NCBI GenBank assembly: GCA_029953675.1
Contig: JAMWBK010000001.1
Location: forward strand, 2,480,001-2,544,000
Reading direction: 5' to 3'
Length of the DNA: 64,000 nt
Source: Rhodosorus marinus CCMP1338
Taxonomy: Eukaryota; Plantae; Rhodophyta
Under the pieces are notes generated by a model. The model searched no databases and was not told the DNA's origin. It saw only the letters and a program-made list of their open reading frames with translations. Of the stretch, positions 21,520-33,292 are shown in pieces. A program made the position numbers and the translations under genes. Positions within the stretch are counted from its first letter, which is position 1; every line of letters starts with the position of its first letter.

Positions 21520-22289
21520 CTGCATATGGCCGACTCCTCGCGCAGATGGTCTCATCTTCTCGCGCTCGCGCCCGCCTACGTAGTCTTGGAGGGGTTCTTA
21601 GCTCTCAGTGGCTCATGACCGTACCAGCCTTTCCGCCACTCACACTGTCGGATTTCGAAGTGCGTACCTCACTGCGCTTATACCTCGGCTTACATCAGCC
21701 CCCTTGGCCGTACGAGATGGGTTCGTCGTGCCCTCTCTGCTCTCAGACTGAAGACAACGCAGATTTTGGCGCCCACCTGCTCGCTAGTTGCCCGGCGGTG
21801 AAAGGTGCTCGAACCCGCCGCCACACACGGATCTTGAACCTGTTATACCGGGAACTTCGGCCTATAGTCCGGCAAGCCGGTCTGGAAATCGAACGTGAGA
21901 AACCTTTACCCGTCGCGGACTTTCAAAATGATGAACGCCGTGTAGCCGACCTGGTGATCACCTGTGACGACAGCCGCCGTACCACATACGTTGATCTGGA
22001 CTTTGATCTTGCTGTTCCTAACCCTCAAGCTAGTCGTTACGGCATTAGCACATCGCTTGGTACCCCTGATCATTGAGTGCTTTGGGTTCATGGACTCTGT
22101 TGGTTCTCGCTGGCTTCGGGAGTTGTTCCGCGAACGCCCTGACCGTCTTCAATCGTTGTTTACCCGCTTAAGTTTCCTGCTGTGGCGCATGAATGCCGCT
22201 TTGATGTTGGAGGCGCGAGTACTTCGCCGCGCTTAGTCTTTTTTTCCCCTCGGGGTTTTTTTTTCAGCCTCCGATTAAACCATTCGTTC
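21520..22289 (+). mobile_element. Family B 5'-truncated copy with a 10 bp TSD
   Basis: GATAGACGAG occurs at 21510-21519 and 22290-22299. There is an internal deletion of about 110 bp near 22040. Confidence 0.9.
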
Positions 22290-22638
22290 GATAGACGAGG
22301 GCGGCTGGCCTGTGCGCGGCAGTGCAGCGTTGGGCAGTGGAAGGCGGGGCCAAAACGAGCTTCTGCGCTCGGGGACTGGACGCAACGGCGGTGTTGATGG
22401 TTTCGTGAGGGTGTATGGTGCTGGCTTTTGGTGGTTTTGAGTCGCAATTGTGTTCTTCGGTGGGAGGCGCTTCTTTCTGCAGCCTTTCCCCCGCATCTTC
22501 TAGTGGTGTGGTGCGTGCTGGGGGTTGCTAGCGCCCCTTGGAGGTCGTGGTGGTTTTTCTTTGGTTGCAAACGTTGGGAACAAGTTCTCTTTTTGGGGGT
22601 TTCGTGGGGGAATCGGTTTTTCACACCTTCCAATCGTT

Positions 22639-23937
22639 ATGGTTGGGGTTTCCCCACCCATTCCGGCGGACGGAGCCGTTCTCTCAGCGCGCGTGGAGCT
22701 CTGCGTGGGCGGGTTTAGTACCGCGGCCACCCTCACGGACTGCGCTGACGAGTTAGCCCATGGGATCTGCTCGAAACTGACGAGTCTTCTTGTGAATGCT
22801 TCCTAGGAACACCGCCTGCCCCTGCTGATCGCCTATTTGGAGCGCTTCTCCGCCTCCGCGCCTGCCCCATACCCCCCGGTGCCCGTCCCCGCGGATCCGC
22901 ACGGTACAGCGGGGCCTGCCTCCACCCGACCCGAGCGCTCCGCTCCGGTCATTCCTGATTCCGACTGGCCTACCCCTATTCAAGGACAGACGCCTCCTGG
23001 GCCCGCGTCGGGCCCGAATCCTGCTCCCTCCAGTGCCCCACGTGCGACCTATTCGCAGGTCCTACGCAGGGGCTCTTCTGAACAACGCACGACGGCAATG
23101 GTGCGTATGATGCCACAACACATCCCTATTGACTCTTCTCGCCAACTATCTCCGTTCCACTTTGTTTGGATGACGAACGTGCGTCCCCAGACCCCCTCTC
23201 GTGGTCGGGGCCGCGCGCCCGTCCACTACCGCGATTTTCGCGACACCATGGCTTCCTCCCTTGGGGTCGCCCCGTCTGAATTCCTATATGTGGACTTCAC
23301 GGGCCCTCATGCCTGTTTTCTTGTTACTGACTCGGCTTACCAGTTCCTTCAATCGCTTGTAACCACCCCCGCGCCCCAGCGCTCTGCTCTGGCCAACATG
23401 ATACTGACTCGTCCTCATGTCTCTTTGTTTGTCGAGTTCGATCGTTTTGACGCCGGCTGGGTTCCTCCGTCGGCCTTGCAAAACCTGGATGCCTCGCAGG
23501 CTTCGGTTGTCGCGCTACACACTCATGCGGCGCGGCTCTCGCGCATACAGGCCAGCCTCTTCGCGCGTTTTCCTCCTCGCGGGGTCCTCCGCACCGCGCT
23601 AGAGGCCTTCCTCTCCACTGAGGCCACCCTGCTGGAAGCCCACCCTGCGTTTGACCTTCTGCCGCCGACTCTTGAGCACCCTTCCTCCCCTCGCCCTGCC
23701 TCCGAGGCTCGTGACACCGACATGGCAGAAGCACCATCGGCCTCTCCGAATCCGCTGGCTCTGGACACCCTCAGTCAAGACTCCGCTGCTGAAAACCCTG
23801 TGTCTACTTTCTTCAGGTCTTTTAGTTCCTTCGTGCGCCCTCCACGTAAGCGTCGTGCGGCTGCTGAGCCTCCCTCCGAGGCACCTCCTCCGGATATTCG
23901 ATCTGCCTTCCCGACTGAGGGGAGGCCCGATGTCTGA
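22639..23937 (+). pseudogene. Family B ORF1 (432 codons; in-frame TAG at 22804-22806 in this copy)
   Basis: The ATG gives MVGVSP, like family A. The same codon is CAG in the copy at 42325. It has an RRM-like core and a C-terminal basic patch (PPRKRR). Confidence 0.78.
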
Positions 23938-26900
23938 GTCTTCCTCCTCCGCGTGCGTGTCGTCCCGGTTACCCCTGTTTACCAGTGACCGCTCAGCCTG
24001 GCATGAGCGTGTTCTCTCGTGGTTTTCGCACCTTGTCGCCTCCTACCCGGACGGTTCCCTTCCCCTTTGTCGTCAGAGCACGGCCGTACGGCTCCCTCGT
24101 CGACTTCATAAGCCCCTAGGATTGGTGTTGGATTTTCTCTGGCAGCAGGTCGCCGCGAAGCCTCACTGCTCTGTTCGCTGGGAACTCTTGTTCTTTTTTC
24201 CCCGCCTCGTGCTCACCTCCTCTACCGTCCCCCTCAACCCACATCCTCGCCGGGTCCACCCTCGCCGAAAACTGCAAATGTTCCTTTCCGGCGACTTTGA
24301 GGACCTCGAACGTCTTTATTTCGCTTCTCTCTCTTTCTTTTCTCCTAGTGCTCCCTCAGCTTTTAGGTCTTCTCGACAGAATCGGGCGCGTCACGCGGTG
24401 GCAGGCGGTGATCTGCGGCGGGCAGCCGGGATCCTCCAGCAGCGGCAACCTGTGGTTCCATACTCCGATGATCTTTCTTCACCGCTCCGTTTGCTCTTTC
24501 CCTCGGAGGGCTCCCCTTGGGACTCCTCGTTTGAATCAGTGTTGGAAGAGTACCGCGCCGCGCCACATCCCAGTGCGCGGTTAGTGGTCAATCTGGAGGC
24601 GGTGCGTGAGTTGGTTCATGATGCTCCGAAGGGCCGTTCCCCAGGGCCCTCGGGGCTGCGGGTGGAATATCTCCGTTTCTTAAGTGATGAAGGTTTGAAG
24701 GCGTTGGCGTGGGTGGTCGAAGCGCTTGTGAATGGTGATCCCCTGTGTGAGTGTGCGTGGTTCTTGGTCGGGCGTTCTCAGTTGTGTCTGCTTTCGAAGC
24801 CCGGCCACACGGCCTCGAGCCCTGCTATTCGCCCTATTGGCCTGGTTGAGGTGGTCCGCAAATTGGCGGCGCGATGGTTAGTGAAAATCCTGGTTCCCGA
24901 ATCCCGCCGTTTCTTTGGGCACGTGCAGTTAGGCGTGGGCTATCGTGGTGGCTGTGAGTTGTTGTCTGTTTTACTCCGTTCGGAAATGGCGTACTCCCCA
25001 GATTCTGGGCTCCTCTCTGTAGATTTTACCAATGCGTTCAACCGCGTCTCTCGTCCGGCTCTCATGCACGTGGTGCGCGAAGTCTTCCCTGTAGGCTTTC
25101 CCTTTGTTAGTAGACTTTATTCTCCGCTTGGTCGTGGGGCTACCTATGACACCCTTGGCGCTTCCTCACACACGTTTGCGGCGCGCACAGGGGTACAACA
25201 GGGTGATCCCTTGTCCCCTTTCCTACATGCCTGTGGACTACAACTCGTCTTGCATTGTCTTCGCTCCGAATTCCCGCAGGTTCGTACGGTTGCATACCAC
25301 GACGACGTGTGCCTCCTGGGGCCCCCTGATACTCTAGCACTCGCCTATGATCGTCTCCGCTCCTTGGCTTCGCGGGTTGACCTGGAGGTTAATCATCACA
25401 AATCGTTCTACTGGGGAGGTGTAGCTGCACAAGAGCAGCAGGTACCTGCGTCGTTCCAGGATATTTGGAGACCGGATGGTTTTGTCCACTTAGGCATCCC
25501 CTACGGGTCGCCGTCCTTCGTTGAAGGCGAGTTGCTGCAGCTCCTCGGTAAGCACAGACAGCTGGTTGCAGAGCTTCGACGGCTACCTCCGGGCTTTCTC
25601 CAGTGCTCGTTGTTGCTGTTTCGGTATTGTTGCAGTCAGCGGTTAACCTATTGGCTTCGCTCACTTCCAACTCATTGGGGCCGGTGGTTGGCCACTCGTG
25701 CGGATGCTGAAAGTTTCCGTGACCTGGGGTATTTTCTCGATGAAGAGCTGAGCGCTCTGCCGCGACCCACCTGTGATGTTGTGCGCGCCCAGGTAGGCCT
25801 CCCATTGCGATTGGGGGGACTGGGCCTCTGCAATCGTGTTGTGGTCCAACCTGCAGCCGCAGTAGGGGCCTGGGGAACCGCACTTCCCACTTTGAGCAGC
25901 TTGGGTATCTCGAAGTTCCGCAATTTGATGGCGAGCCTCTCGCGGGGTGTCTTGCTTCCCAGCGTACCGGAAAGCGCCCAAGACTTGTTTCTGGAGCTCC
26001 AAACCGCCCTGAATTCCTGTACTAGTCTCCCCGAAACCGTTCAACCCCGTCTTCTTGACTGGCGAGCTGTATTTGACCGCTCTCGAGGCTCCGCCCCGGG
26101 GATTCGTCCTGCGCCTGAACCTGTTCTAGGGGAGATTGACCCAGTGGTTGCCGCAGAAGAAGAAGTTCCAGTTGATCCTCCTGATGATTCCCAGCGCGCT
26201 GGGAGCCGAGCTCAAGCACGCACGGATGCGCTGCAAAATATCCTTTCTTGGGACTTGCACCGTGCTGCATATGGCCGACTCCTCGCGCAGATGGTCTCAT
26301 CTTCTCGCGCTCGCGCCCGCCTACGTAGTCTTGGAGGGGTTATTAGCTCTCAGTGGCTCATGACCGTACCAGCCTTTCCGCCACTCACACTGTCGGATTT
26401 CGAAGTGCGTACTTCACTGTGCTTATACCTCGGCTTACATCAGCCCCCCTGGCCGTACGAGATGGGTTCGTCGTGCCCTCTCTGCTCTCAGACTGAAGAC
26501 AACGCAGATTTTGGCGCCCACCTGCTCGCTAGTTGCCCGGCGGTGAAAGGTGCTCGAACCCGCCGCCACACACGGATCTTGAACCTGTTATACCGGGAAC
26601 TTCGGCCTATAGTCCGGCAAGCCGGTCTGGAAATCGAACGTGAGAAACCTTTACCCGTCGCGGACTTTCAAAATGATGAACGCCGTGTAGCCGACCTGGT
26701 GATCACCTGTGACGACAGCCGCCGTACCACATACGTTGATCTTGCTGTTCCTAACCCTCAAGCTAGTCGTTATCTCCCGGCTGCGGGGGAGCGCCGTGGA
26801 TCTGCCGCCGCCAGCATGAGACGCCGCAAAGAGATCAAATACGCGGGGGCTTTGTCTTCCCCTGGTGTTCGTGCTTCGGCACTAGCACATCGCTTGGTAC

Positions 26901-27073
26901 CCCTGATCATTGAGTGCTTTGGGTTCATGGACTCTGTTGGTTCTCGCTGGCTTCGGGAGTTGTTCCGCGAACGCCCTGACCGTCTTCAATCGTTGTTTAC
27001 CCGCTTAAGTTTCCTGCTGTGGCGCATGAATGCCGCTTTGATGTTGGAGGCGCGAGTACTTCGCCGCGCTTAG
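23930..27073 (+). CDS. Family B ORF2: reverse transcriptase + CCHC knuckle + RLE (1047 aa, intact)
   Basis: The ATG at 23930 overlaps the ORF1 stop (ATGTCTGA). Motifs: GRSPGPSG, VDFTNAFN, GVQQGDPLSP, YHDD, LPLRLGGLG, C-x2-C-x11-H-x4-C, RTRRH, VADLVI...YVDLAV, KEIKY. Confidence 0.93.
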   Translation: MSESSSSACVSSRLPLFTSDRSAWHERVLSWFSHLVASYPDGSLPLCRQSTAVRLPRRLHKPLGLVLDFLWQQVAAKPHCSVRWELLFFFPRLVLTSSTVPLNPHPRRVHPRRKLQMFLSGDFEDLERLYFASLSFFSPSAPSAFRSSRQNRARHAVAGGDLRRAAGILQQRQPVVPYSDDLSSPLRLLFPSEGSPWDSSFESVLEEYRAAPHPSARLVVNLEAVRELVHDAPKGRSPGPSGLRVEYLRFLSDEGLKALAWVVEALVNGDPLCECAWFLVGRSQLCLLSKPGHTASSPAIRPIGLVEVVRKLAARWLVKILVPESRRFFGHVQLGVGYRGGCELLSVLLRSEMAYSPDSGLLSVDFTNAFNRVSRPALMHVVREVFPVGFPFVSRLYSPLGRGATYDTLGASSHTFAARTGVQQGDPLSPFLHACGLQLVLHCLRSEFPQVRTVAYHDDVCLLGPPDTLALAYDRLRSLASRVDLEVNHHKSFYWGGVAAQEQQVPASFQDIWRPDGFVHLGIPYGSPSFVEGELLQLLGKHRQLVAELRRLPPGFLQCSLLLFRYCCSQRLTYWLRSLPTHWGRWLATRADAESFRDLGYFLDEELSALPRPTCDVVRAQVGLPLRLGGLGLCNRVVVQPAAAVGAWGTALPTLSSLGISKFRNLMASLSRGVLLPSVPESAQDLFLELQTALNSCTSLPETVQPRLLDWRAVFDRSRGSAPGIRPAPEPVLGEIDPVVAAEEEVPVDPPDDSQRAGSRAQARTDALQNILSWDLHRAAYGRLLAQMVSSSRARARLRSLGGVISSQWLMTVPAFPPLTLSDFEVRTSLCLYLGLHQPPWPYEMGSSCPLCSQTEDNADFGAHLLASCPAVKGARTRRHTRILNLLYRELRPIVRQAGLEIEREKPLPVADFQNDERRVADLVITCDDSRRTTYVDLAVPNPQASRYLPAAGERRGSAAASMRRRKEIKYAGALSSPGVRASALAHRLVPLIIECFGFMDSVGSRWLRELFRERPDRLQSLFTRLSFLLWRMNAALMLEARVLRRA

Positions 27074-30000
27074 TCTTTTTTTCCCCTCGGGGTTTTTTTT
27101 TCAGCCTCCGATTAAACCATTCGTTCGTTGATTGTGAGGCAACTGGTTTGGTGACTAATGAAGCTGTGTCTCCAGGTTTAGCACCTCTCTCATCTGGAGC
27201 GGACTTCCCGGTCCTCGGCAGGCGTAGTGATCGCCCCAAGGCGGGGCCATCGTACATTTCGGCGCTGCGGAGAGGTACCACTGACGCCCGTACGGCGGCA
27301 ATGATACACGATTTGCCTCATAGCGAGCCTCAGCTTAGAACCGCGGAAACCACTTTGCAATTTGTCTGAGTGCGGAACGTTCGGCCGCAGACAACCCGGG
27401 CCCAGGTGCCGAACATGCGCGTTTTTCGCAACGTTTTCGCGAAATCCTTGGGCTGTAGTCGGGAACACTTTATCTTTGCCAACTACGAGGGTCGGGACTT
27501 TCTTTTCTTGGTCACAGCGAACGCGCCCACGTACCTCCAGGCTTTGCTGGCCGAGCCCACCGAACAGTGGCCTGAGAGCGCCCGCTGGTTACATTCTCAC
27601 CCCCCAAGTCGCCCTGTATCTCGCGTTCGACCGTTTGCCGGGTAATTTCTGTCCCCGGGGCAGACTGAAGGGCTCTCGTAGCAGGAGAGCAGCGTGAAGG
27701 CGGCAGTCATTGGCTGCGCATTCATCGCATAAAGAGAAATATATTGGAACGTTTGCTGTAAGGTCCGCGTCACCTGCGCACAGCCGTCTCCACCTTTGAT
27801 CGGGAGAGGCGTCTTCTGGTGACCTCGGGCCACAAGGTAGAGCTATAGCGGCTCGGGGTGTTGGAGGGATCTGCCCCTAGTGCCAGTTACATTGAAAGTG
27901 GCGAGACTGGAGCGCCGGAAGGCATGTCGCTTGAGAGAGTCCCGATCGATTCGTCGAATCCCGAAGGCAACGTGCTGCGATCCTCGCGGAGTGAGCGGCT
28001 GACAACTTTACGGTAGCCATGCAGCAAACGCGTTAGGACCGACTCCCCCGGGTCTAAGAGGGGAGAAAAACGATTAGTTCCTCGGGTTTGGCTGCGATAT
28101 CGCAGCCAATGGACCTGAAGGCCTACGTCCTGAAAGAGGGCGGAGACTGTGGCATATGGAGGACGCGTTTTCGGAGTTGGCTCAGAAGGTGGAAATCTTT
28201 GAAAGGCGGCTCCCTACCCCTCCGGGGCTAGGATCCCACCTCCCATGCTACCTCGAGGAGAGCTCTCAATATCTGGGACCATTCTCAACTTCCTCTTCGC
28301 GAGCTTGGCTCGCAACTCCCGAGACACGGTCATGTGGGAATTTTTAGGCGTGATGCCGCGCTTGCTTCTGGCCCCTGTAAACACAGCAGAACGCCGATGG
28401 AGAGTCCAGGATCGCGCTCTTCCTCTAGGGGGAATTTTTTGAGGCGTTCCAACAAAGTTGTTTGGCGTCCTCGGAGCCATCCGCCCGTAGGGCTCGGGGA
28501 GGAACAGTTTCACCCCAGAAGTCCAGAAATTGGTGGGAGTTGGTGACCTGAGTCGAGCGGCGCGGGTTTTGGAGGGCCAGGCGCCTGTCCTCTCCTACGA
28601 TGAAAGTCTCTAACAGCCGGTATCGTCTTTTTTCAACTCGTCTGAAGTGGATTTTCTCCCTGAATTCGCGTCAATTTCGGACGTTCCGGAGTTGGCCAGT
28701 TCCACATCCACCTGACGCTCCGAGAATCTGATTTGTAGGATTCGCTCCGGACCTCCCTTCGTGGACGTTAGTGTGGACCCTCCGGGCTACGAACGGAATT
28801 ATAACAGGCCTTGAGCAAGGCTGACCAGAGCGCACTGGTGAAGATCCTCAATACGCTGCTCCAGGGCGCAGGGGGTGCGTCTGCCCCCTGGGACCATCTG
28901 CGACGGGCCCAGCTTTGTTTGCACACGAAACCCGACCAGAAGCCGGCACACCCGCGTCTCCGGCCGATCGGTATGGGCGAGATTCTGCAGAAATTAGCCG
29001 GGAGGTGGCTATGCCAGCGCCTTCGCCAGAGGGTCACAGCTTTTATGGCACGTTTGCAAGTGGGGGTGGGATTTTCGGGGGGCTGCGAGCTGATCACCCA
29101 TGCGATCGAGCTGGAGCGAGCCAGTAGGCCGGACTGGGGAGTTATTGGTGGTTGACTTTCGGAACACATTTAACAGCGTCTCGCGGAGGTATGTATTAGA
29201 GGTGATTCGCTGCGTTTTCCCGGAGGCGTGGCCTTTTCTATCCGGTCTTTACGGATTGGGGAGCCTTCCCTACTTTACAACGACGGGCACCGTTTTTGAC
29301 GCACATACGGGAGTCCAACAAGGCGATCCTTGTGGGCCTGTCCTGCACGCCGTTCTCCTGCGTCTAGCGACTGAGGTGCCGGATCTTCGTATCTGCGCCT
29401 ATCACGACGACGTGACTTGGCTGGGCACCCCTGAGACCCTACCTCGGGGGTTGACCCATATCGAAGCAATTGCACGTGGAGTAGGTCTGACAGTGGAACC
29501 AGGAAAATGTCGTTTGATTACTCGAATGAAGTTACGCTGGCCTCTCTGCCATCTGCTCTCCAACTCATCGGCGAACGTGAAGGGCTCGAGCACCACGGCG
29601 TCGGTTTGGGGAGTGACATATTTGTCCAAGAATCTTGCGAACGCGCTTTGGCACGACATAAACAGCTCACCGACGCCATTGAGCGCCTACCAGACAGAAT
29701 GCTGCAATCGGCATGCCTGATTTCCCGGTTTTGTGCTGGTCCCCGGCTGAATTACTGGCTGCGCAGTCTTCCACCACGTTGGGGCTTGTGGATCGCAGCC
29801 AAGACCGATGAGAACATGCTAAAATACTGGGGAACGCTCTTGGATGAACCCCTGGTGTCCCGACAGGGATTTAATTCGTGCCCAGATCGCTCTACCGTTG
29901 CGATTATGCGGATTTGGCACGGCAGACCGTGGCCTAGTATGCTCGCCTGCAGCGGTCGCAGTCTGGGCCACCGCGCTTCCTACCTTGGTGACTTTCCGGA

Positions 30001-31458
30001 TACAAAGTGTGCATTTTGGCTCGAGCACTGCCTAGCGAGGACCCCGTGACCCTTCCGCCCGCGCTTTTGAGTATCTATGATGCTCTGTAACATGTATTCA
30101 GTAGCTCTGCAACAAGTGTTAAGTAGGTACAACGCCGTGCCGGACGAGAATCGATTGAGGTTTCGCTCCTGGAGCGAGCTTGTATGAGGACGTACTGAGG
30201 CAATCGAGGACTCTCCCTTCGACAGAGTATTCGCGAACGAAGGGGAAGCCAGCCCCGGATCACCTGTTCCAGATTACCCGGGTCTCAGCCGATTGTGGTG
30301 CTCGCGCACTGCTGTGATTCAATATAGCCTCACCTGGGGCCAAAACAGTGCCGCTCACGCAATTTTGCTCAACTCTCTCCTCACACCGCCTACCACCGCC
30401 GCTCGCCTCCGCGACATGGGAGGCCATCTATCGCACTTGTGGTTAACAACTCTACCTTCGTCACTGGGTCACAACGTCTCGATGCCTTCCAGTTTCGCTC
30501 TGCAGCCGGATCTATCTGGGTTTGCGAAGCTCCGTGGCACTCTAATCGGTCGTCTTTCCGTCAGGAATGTGAGAGTCGGATTGATTCTTGTGGCTACCAC
30601 TTCTTGGTTTATACGGACTGCTGAGAGGTCTTCGTACGAGGCGTCACACTCGCTTCAAGTACATCATCAGCGAATGTTTGACTAGGGTAGGGCACACGGT
30701 TGAGGTGGAATCGGAACTGCCCGAGCGGTCTCGAACACGGCACCGCCCCGCTCTATCCCAGGTCTCCTCGTGTCCGACACTGCCGTTAGACGCTTAGCAT
30801 ATGTGGACCTCGCGATCACAAGCCCTGTGCCAAGCGCCCATCTCATTGCTGCCGCACGCCGCCGGGGGGCAGCCGCTTCGGCCCTTCGTCGAGTGAAGGA
30901 ACGACGGTATGCTGAGAGTATGGCCAGTCTGCCAGGCGCAGAGGGTCGCTTCCACCGATTCCAGCCTGCCATTGTGGAAAGCTAGCTTTGGTCACGTGGA
31001 GAAGTCGAGATTGGAGTGGTTGCGGAAATGTTTCGCTGAGCATCCTACCGAATACTTGGAACTCTTACGCCGTTTGAGTGTCTCTCTGTGGCGACATTCT
31101 AGCAGCATGCTTACCGAAGCGTGCCATCGGCGCCTCTGTTTGCACGCTTCCCTGCCTAGTTAGTTCTTAGTTCCTTTTCACGCCTTGCGTAGCGCTTTAG
31201 ACTATGCTATGCTAATAAAGCCAAACAAAAACCACCAGTGAAAACCAGTAAATCCGTCAGTCGTTTATGCAGATCAATTCTATCTGCCCTAAACCATTCG
31301 TATTCGTAAATCAGTACTGAGGTCTAATTCTAAACAGCGAACGAATGGTTAACAGCAGCGAACTGTTTTAGCCGGATTCTAATTATCCAATTATAATTGT
31401 GTTTCTTTCAATCTCCGGCGAAGCAAAAAATATTCATAATGCATGTATTATGATCATT

Positions 31459-32571
31459 GAATGAATGGTTTAATCGGAGGCTGAAAAAAAAAAAAACCCC
31501 GAGGGGAAAAAAAGACTAAGCGCGGCGAAGTACTCGCGCCTCCAACATCAAAGCGGCATTCATGCGCCACAGCAGGAAACTTAAGCGGGTAAACAACGAT
31601 TGAAGACGGTCAGGGCGTTCGCGGAACAACTCCCGAAGCCAGCGAGAACCAACAGAGTCCATGAACCCAAAGCACTCAATGATCAGGGGTACCAAGCGAT
31701 GTGCTAGTGCCGAAGCACGAACACCAGGGGAAGACAAAGCCCCCGCGTATTTGATCTCTTTGCGGCGTCTCATGCTGGCGGCGGCAGATCCACGGCGCTC
31801 CCCCGCAGCCGGGAGATAACGACTAGCTTGAGGGTTGGGAACAGCAAGATCAACGTATGTGGTACGGCGGCTGTCGTCACAGGTTATCACCAGGTCGGCT
31901 ACACGGCGTTCATCATTTTGAAAGTCCGCGACGGGTAAAGGTTTCTCACGTTCGATTTCCAGACCGGCTTGCTGGACTATAGGCCGAAGTTCCCGCTATA
32001 ACAGGTTCAAGATCCGTGTGTGGCGGCGGGTCCGAGCACCTTTCACCGCCGGGCAACTAGCGAGCAGGTGGGCGCCAAAATCTGCGTTGTCTTCAGTCTG
32101 AGAGCAGAGAGGGCACGACGAACCCATCTCGTACGGCCAAGGGGGCTGCTGTAAGCCGAGGTATAAGCGCAGTGAAGTACGCACTTCGAAATCCGACAGT
32201 GTGAGTGGCGGAAAGGCTGGTACGGTCATGAGCCACTGAGAGCTAAGAACCCCTCCAAGACTACGTAGGCGGGCGCGAGCGCGAGAAGATGAGACCATCT
32301 GCGCGAGGAGTCGGCCATATGCAGCACGGTGCAAGTCCCAAGAAAGGATATTTTGCAGCGCATCCGTGCGTGCTTGAGCTCGGCTCCCAGCGCGCTGGGA
32401 ATCATCAGGAGGATCAACTGGAACTTCTTCTTCTGCGGCAACCACTGGGTCAATCTCCCCTAGAACAGGTTCAGGCGCAGGACGAATCCCCGGGGCGGAG
32501 CCTCGAGAGCGGTCAAATACAGCTCGCCAGTCAAGAAGACGGGGTTGAACGGTTTCGGGGAGACTAGTACA
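31459..32571 (-). mobile_element. Family B 5'-truncated copy with a 9 bp TSD
   Basis: ATGATCATT occurs at 31450-31458 and 32572-32580. Confidence 0.88.
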
Positions 32572-32580
32572 ATGATCATT

Positions 32581-32796
32581 GAGTGCTTTGGGTTCATGGA
32601 CTCTGCTGGTTCTCGCTGGCTTCGGGAGTTGTTCCGCGAACGCCCTGACCGTCTTCAATCGTTGTTTACCCGCTTAAGTTTCCTGCTGTGGCGCATGAAT
32701 GCCGCTTTGATGTTGGAGGCGCGAGTACTTCGCCGCGCTTAGTCTTTTTTTCCCCTCGGGGTTTTTTTTTTCAGCCTCCGATTAAACCATTCATTC
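32581..32796 (+). mobile_element. Family B 3' end (left arm of a micro-inversion)
   Basis: End of B ORF2, the 3' UTR and an ATTCATTC tail. Confidence 0.88.
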
Positions 32797-32894
32797 ATTG
32801 TTCATGTTTTTGTATGAAAAAAAAAAAAAGCTCAAAAACGGGGTTATTATTAAACCAATATTGATTGGTTAAGGAAACTACCGAGATCATAATA

Positions 32895-33292
32895 CGAACG
32901 AATGGTTTAATCGGAGGCTGAAAAAAAAACCCCGAGGGGAAAAAAAGACTAAGCGCGGCGAAGTACTCGCGCCTCCAACATCAAAGCGGCATTCATGCGC
33001 CACAGCAGGAAACTTAAGCGGGTAAACAACGATTGAAGACGGTCAGGGCGTTCGCGGAACAACTCCCGAAGCCAGCGAGAACCAACAGAGTCCATGAACC
33101 CAAAGCACTCAATGATCAGGGGTACCAAGCGATGTGCTAGTGCCGAAGCACGAACACCAGGGGAAGACAAAGCCCCCGCGTATTTGATCTCTTTGCGGCG
33201 TCTCATGCTGGCGGCGGCAGATCCACGGCGCTCCCCCGCAGCCGGGAGATAACGACTAGCTTGAGGGTTAGGAACAGCAAGATCAACGTATG
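32895..33292 (-). mobile_element. Family B 3' end (right arm of a micro-inversion)
   Basis: Reverse complement of the last about 400 bp of B. Confidence 0.88.

Larger units (their letters stand above)
22399..27126 (+). mobile_element. Family B full-length two-ORF CRE-like retrotransposon (about 4.73 kb) with a 6 bp TSD
   Basis: GTTGAT occurs at 22393-22398 and 27127-27132. The copy starts GGTTTCGTGAGG exactly as the second full copy does (42085) and ends ...GATTAAACCATTC(GTTC). Confidence 0.93.
21000..31250 (+). mobile_element. Family A2 full-length but degenerate copy hosting two B insertions and a micro-insertion
   Basis: ORF1 pieces lie at 21170-21520, 22290-22398 and 27127-28077. ORF2 (28109-31163) has many stops and frameshifts. 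The tail is at about 31205-31250. Confidence 0.88.

Noticed and set aside
23651-23929. 93-residue N-terminal extension of B ORF2 given in the ORF track
   Set aside because: It starts at a non-ATG codon and overlaps ORF1 out of frame; the first ATG is at 23930.
26944-27126. B 3' UTR (T7-CCCCTCGGGG-T9) as a Rho-independent or Pol III terminator, or as a SINE
   Set aside because: The context is eukaryotic, and short copies have heterogeneous 5' ends with no tRNA-derived head. They are truncated LINE ends and the hairpin function is unknown.
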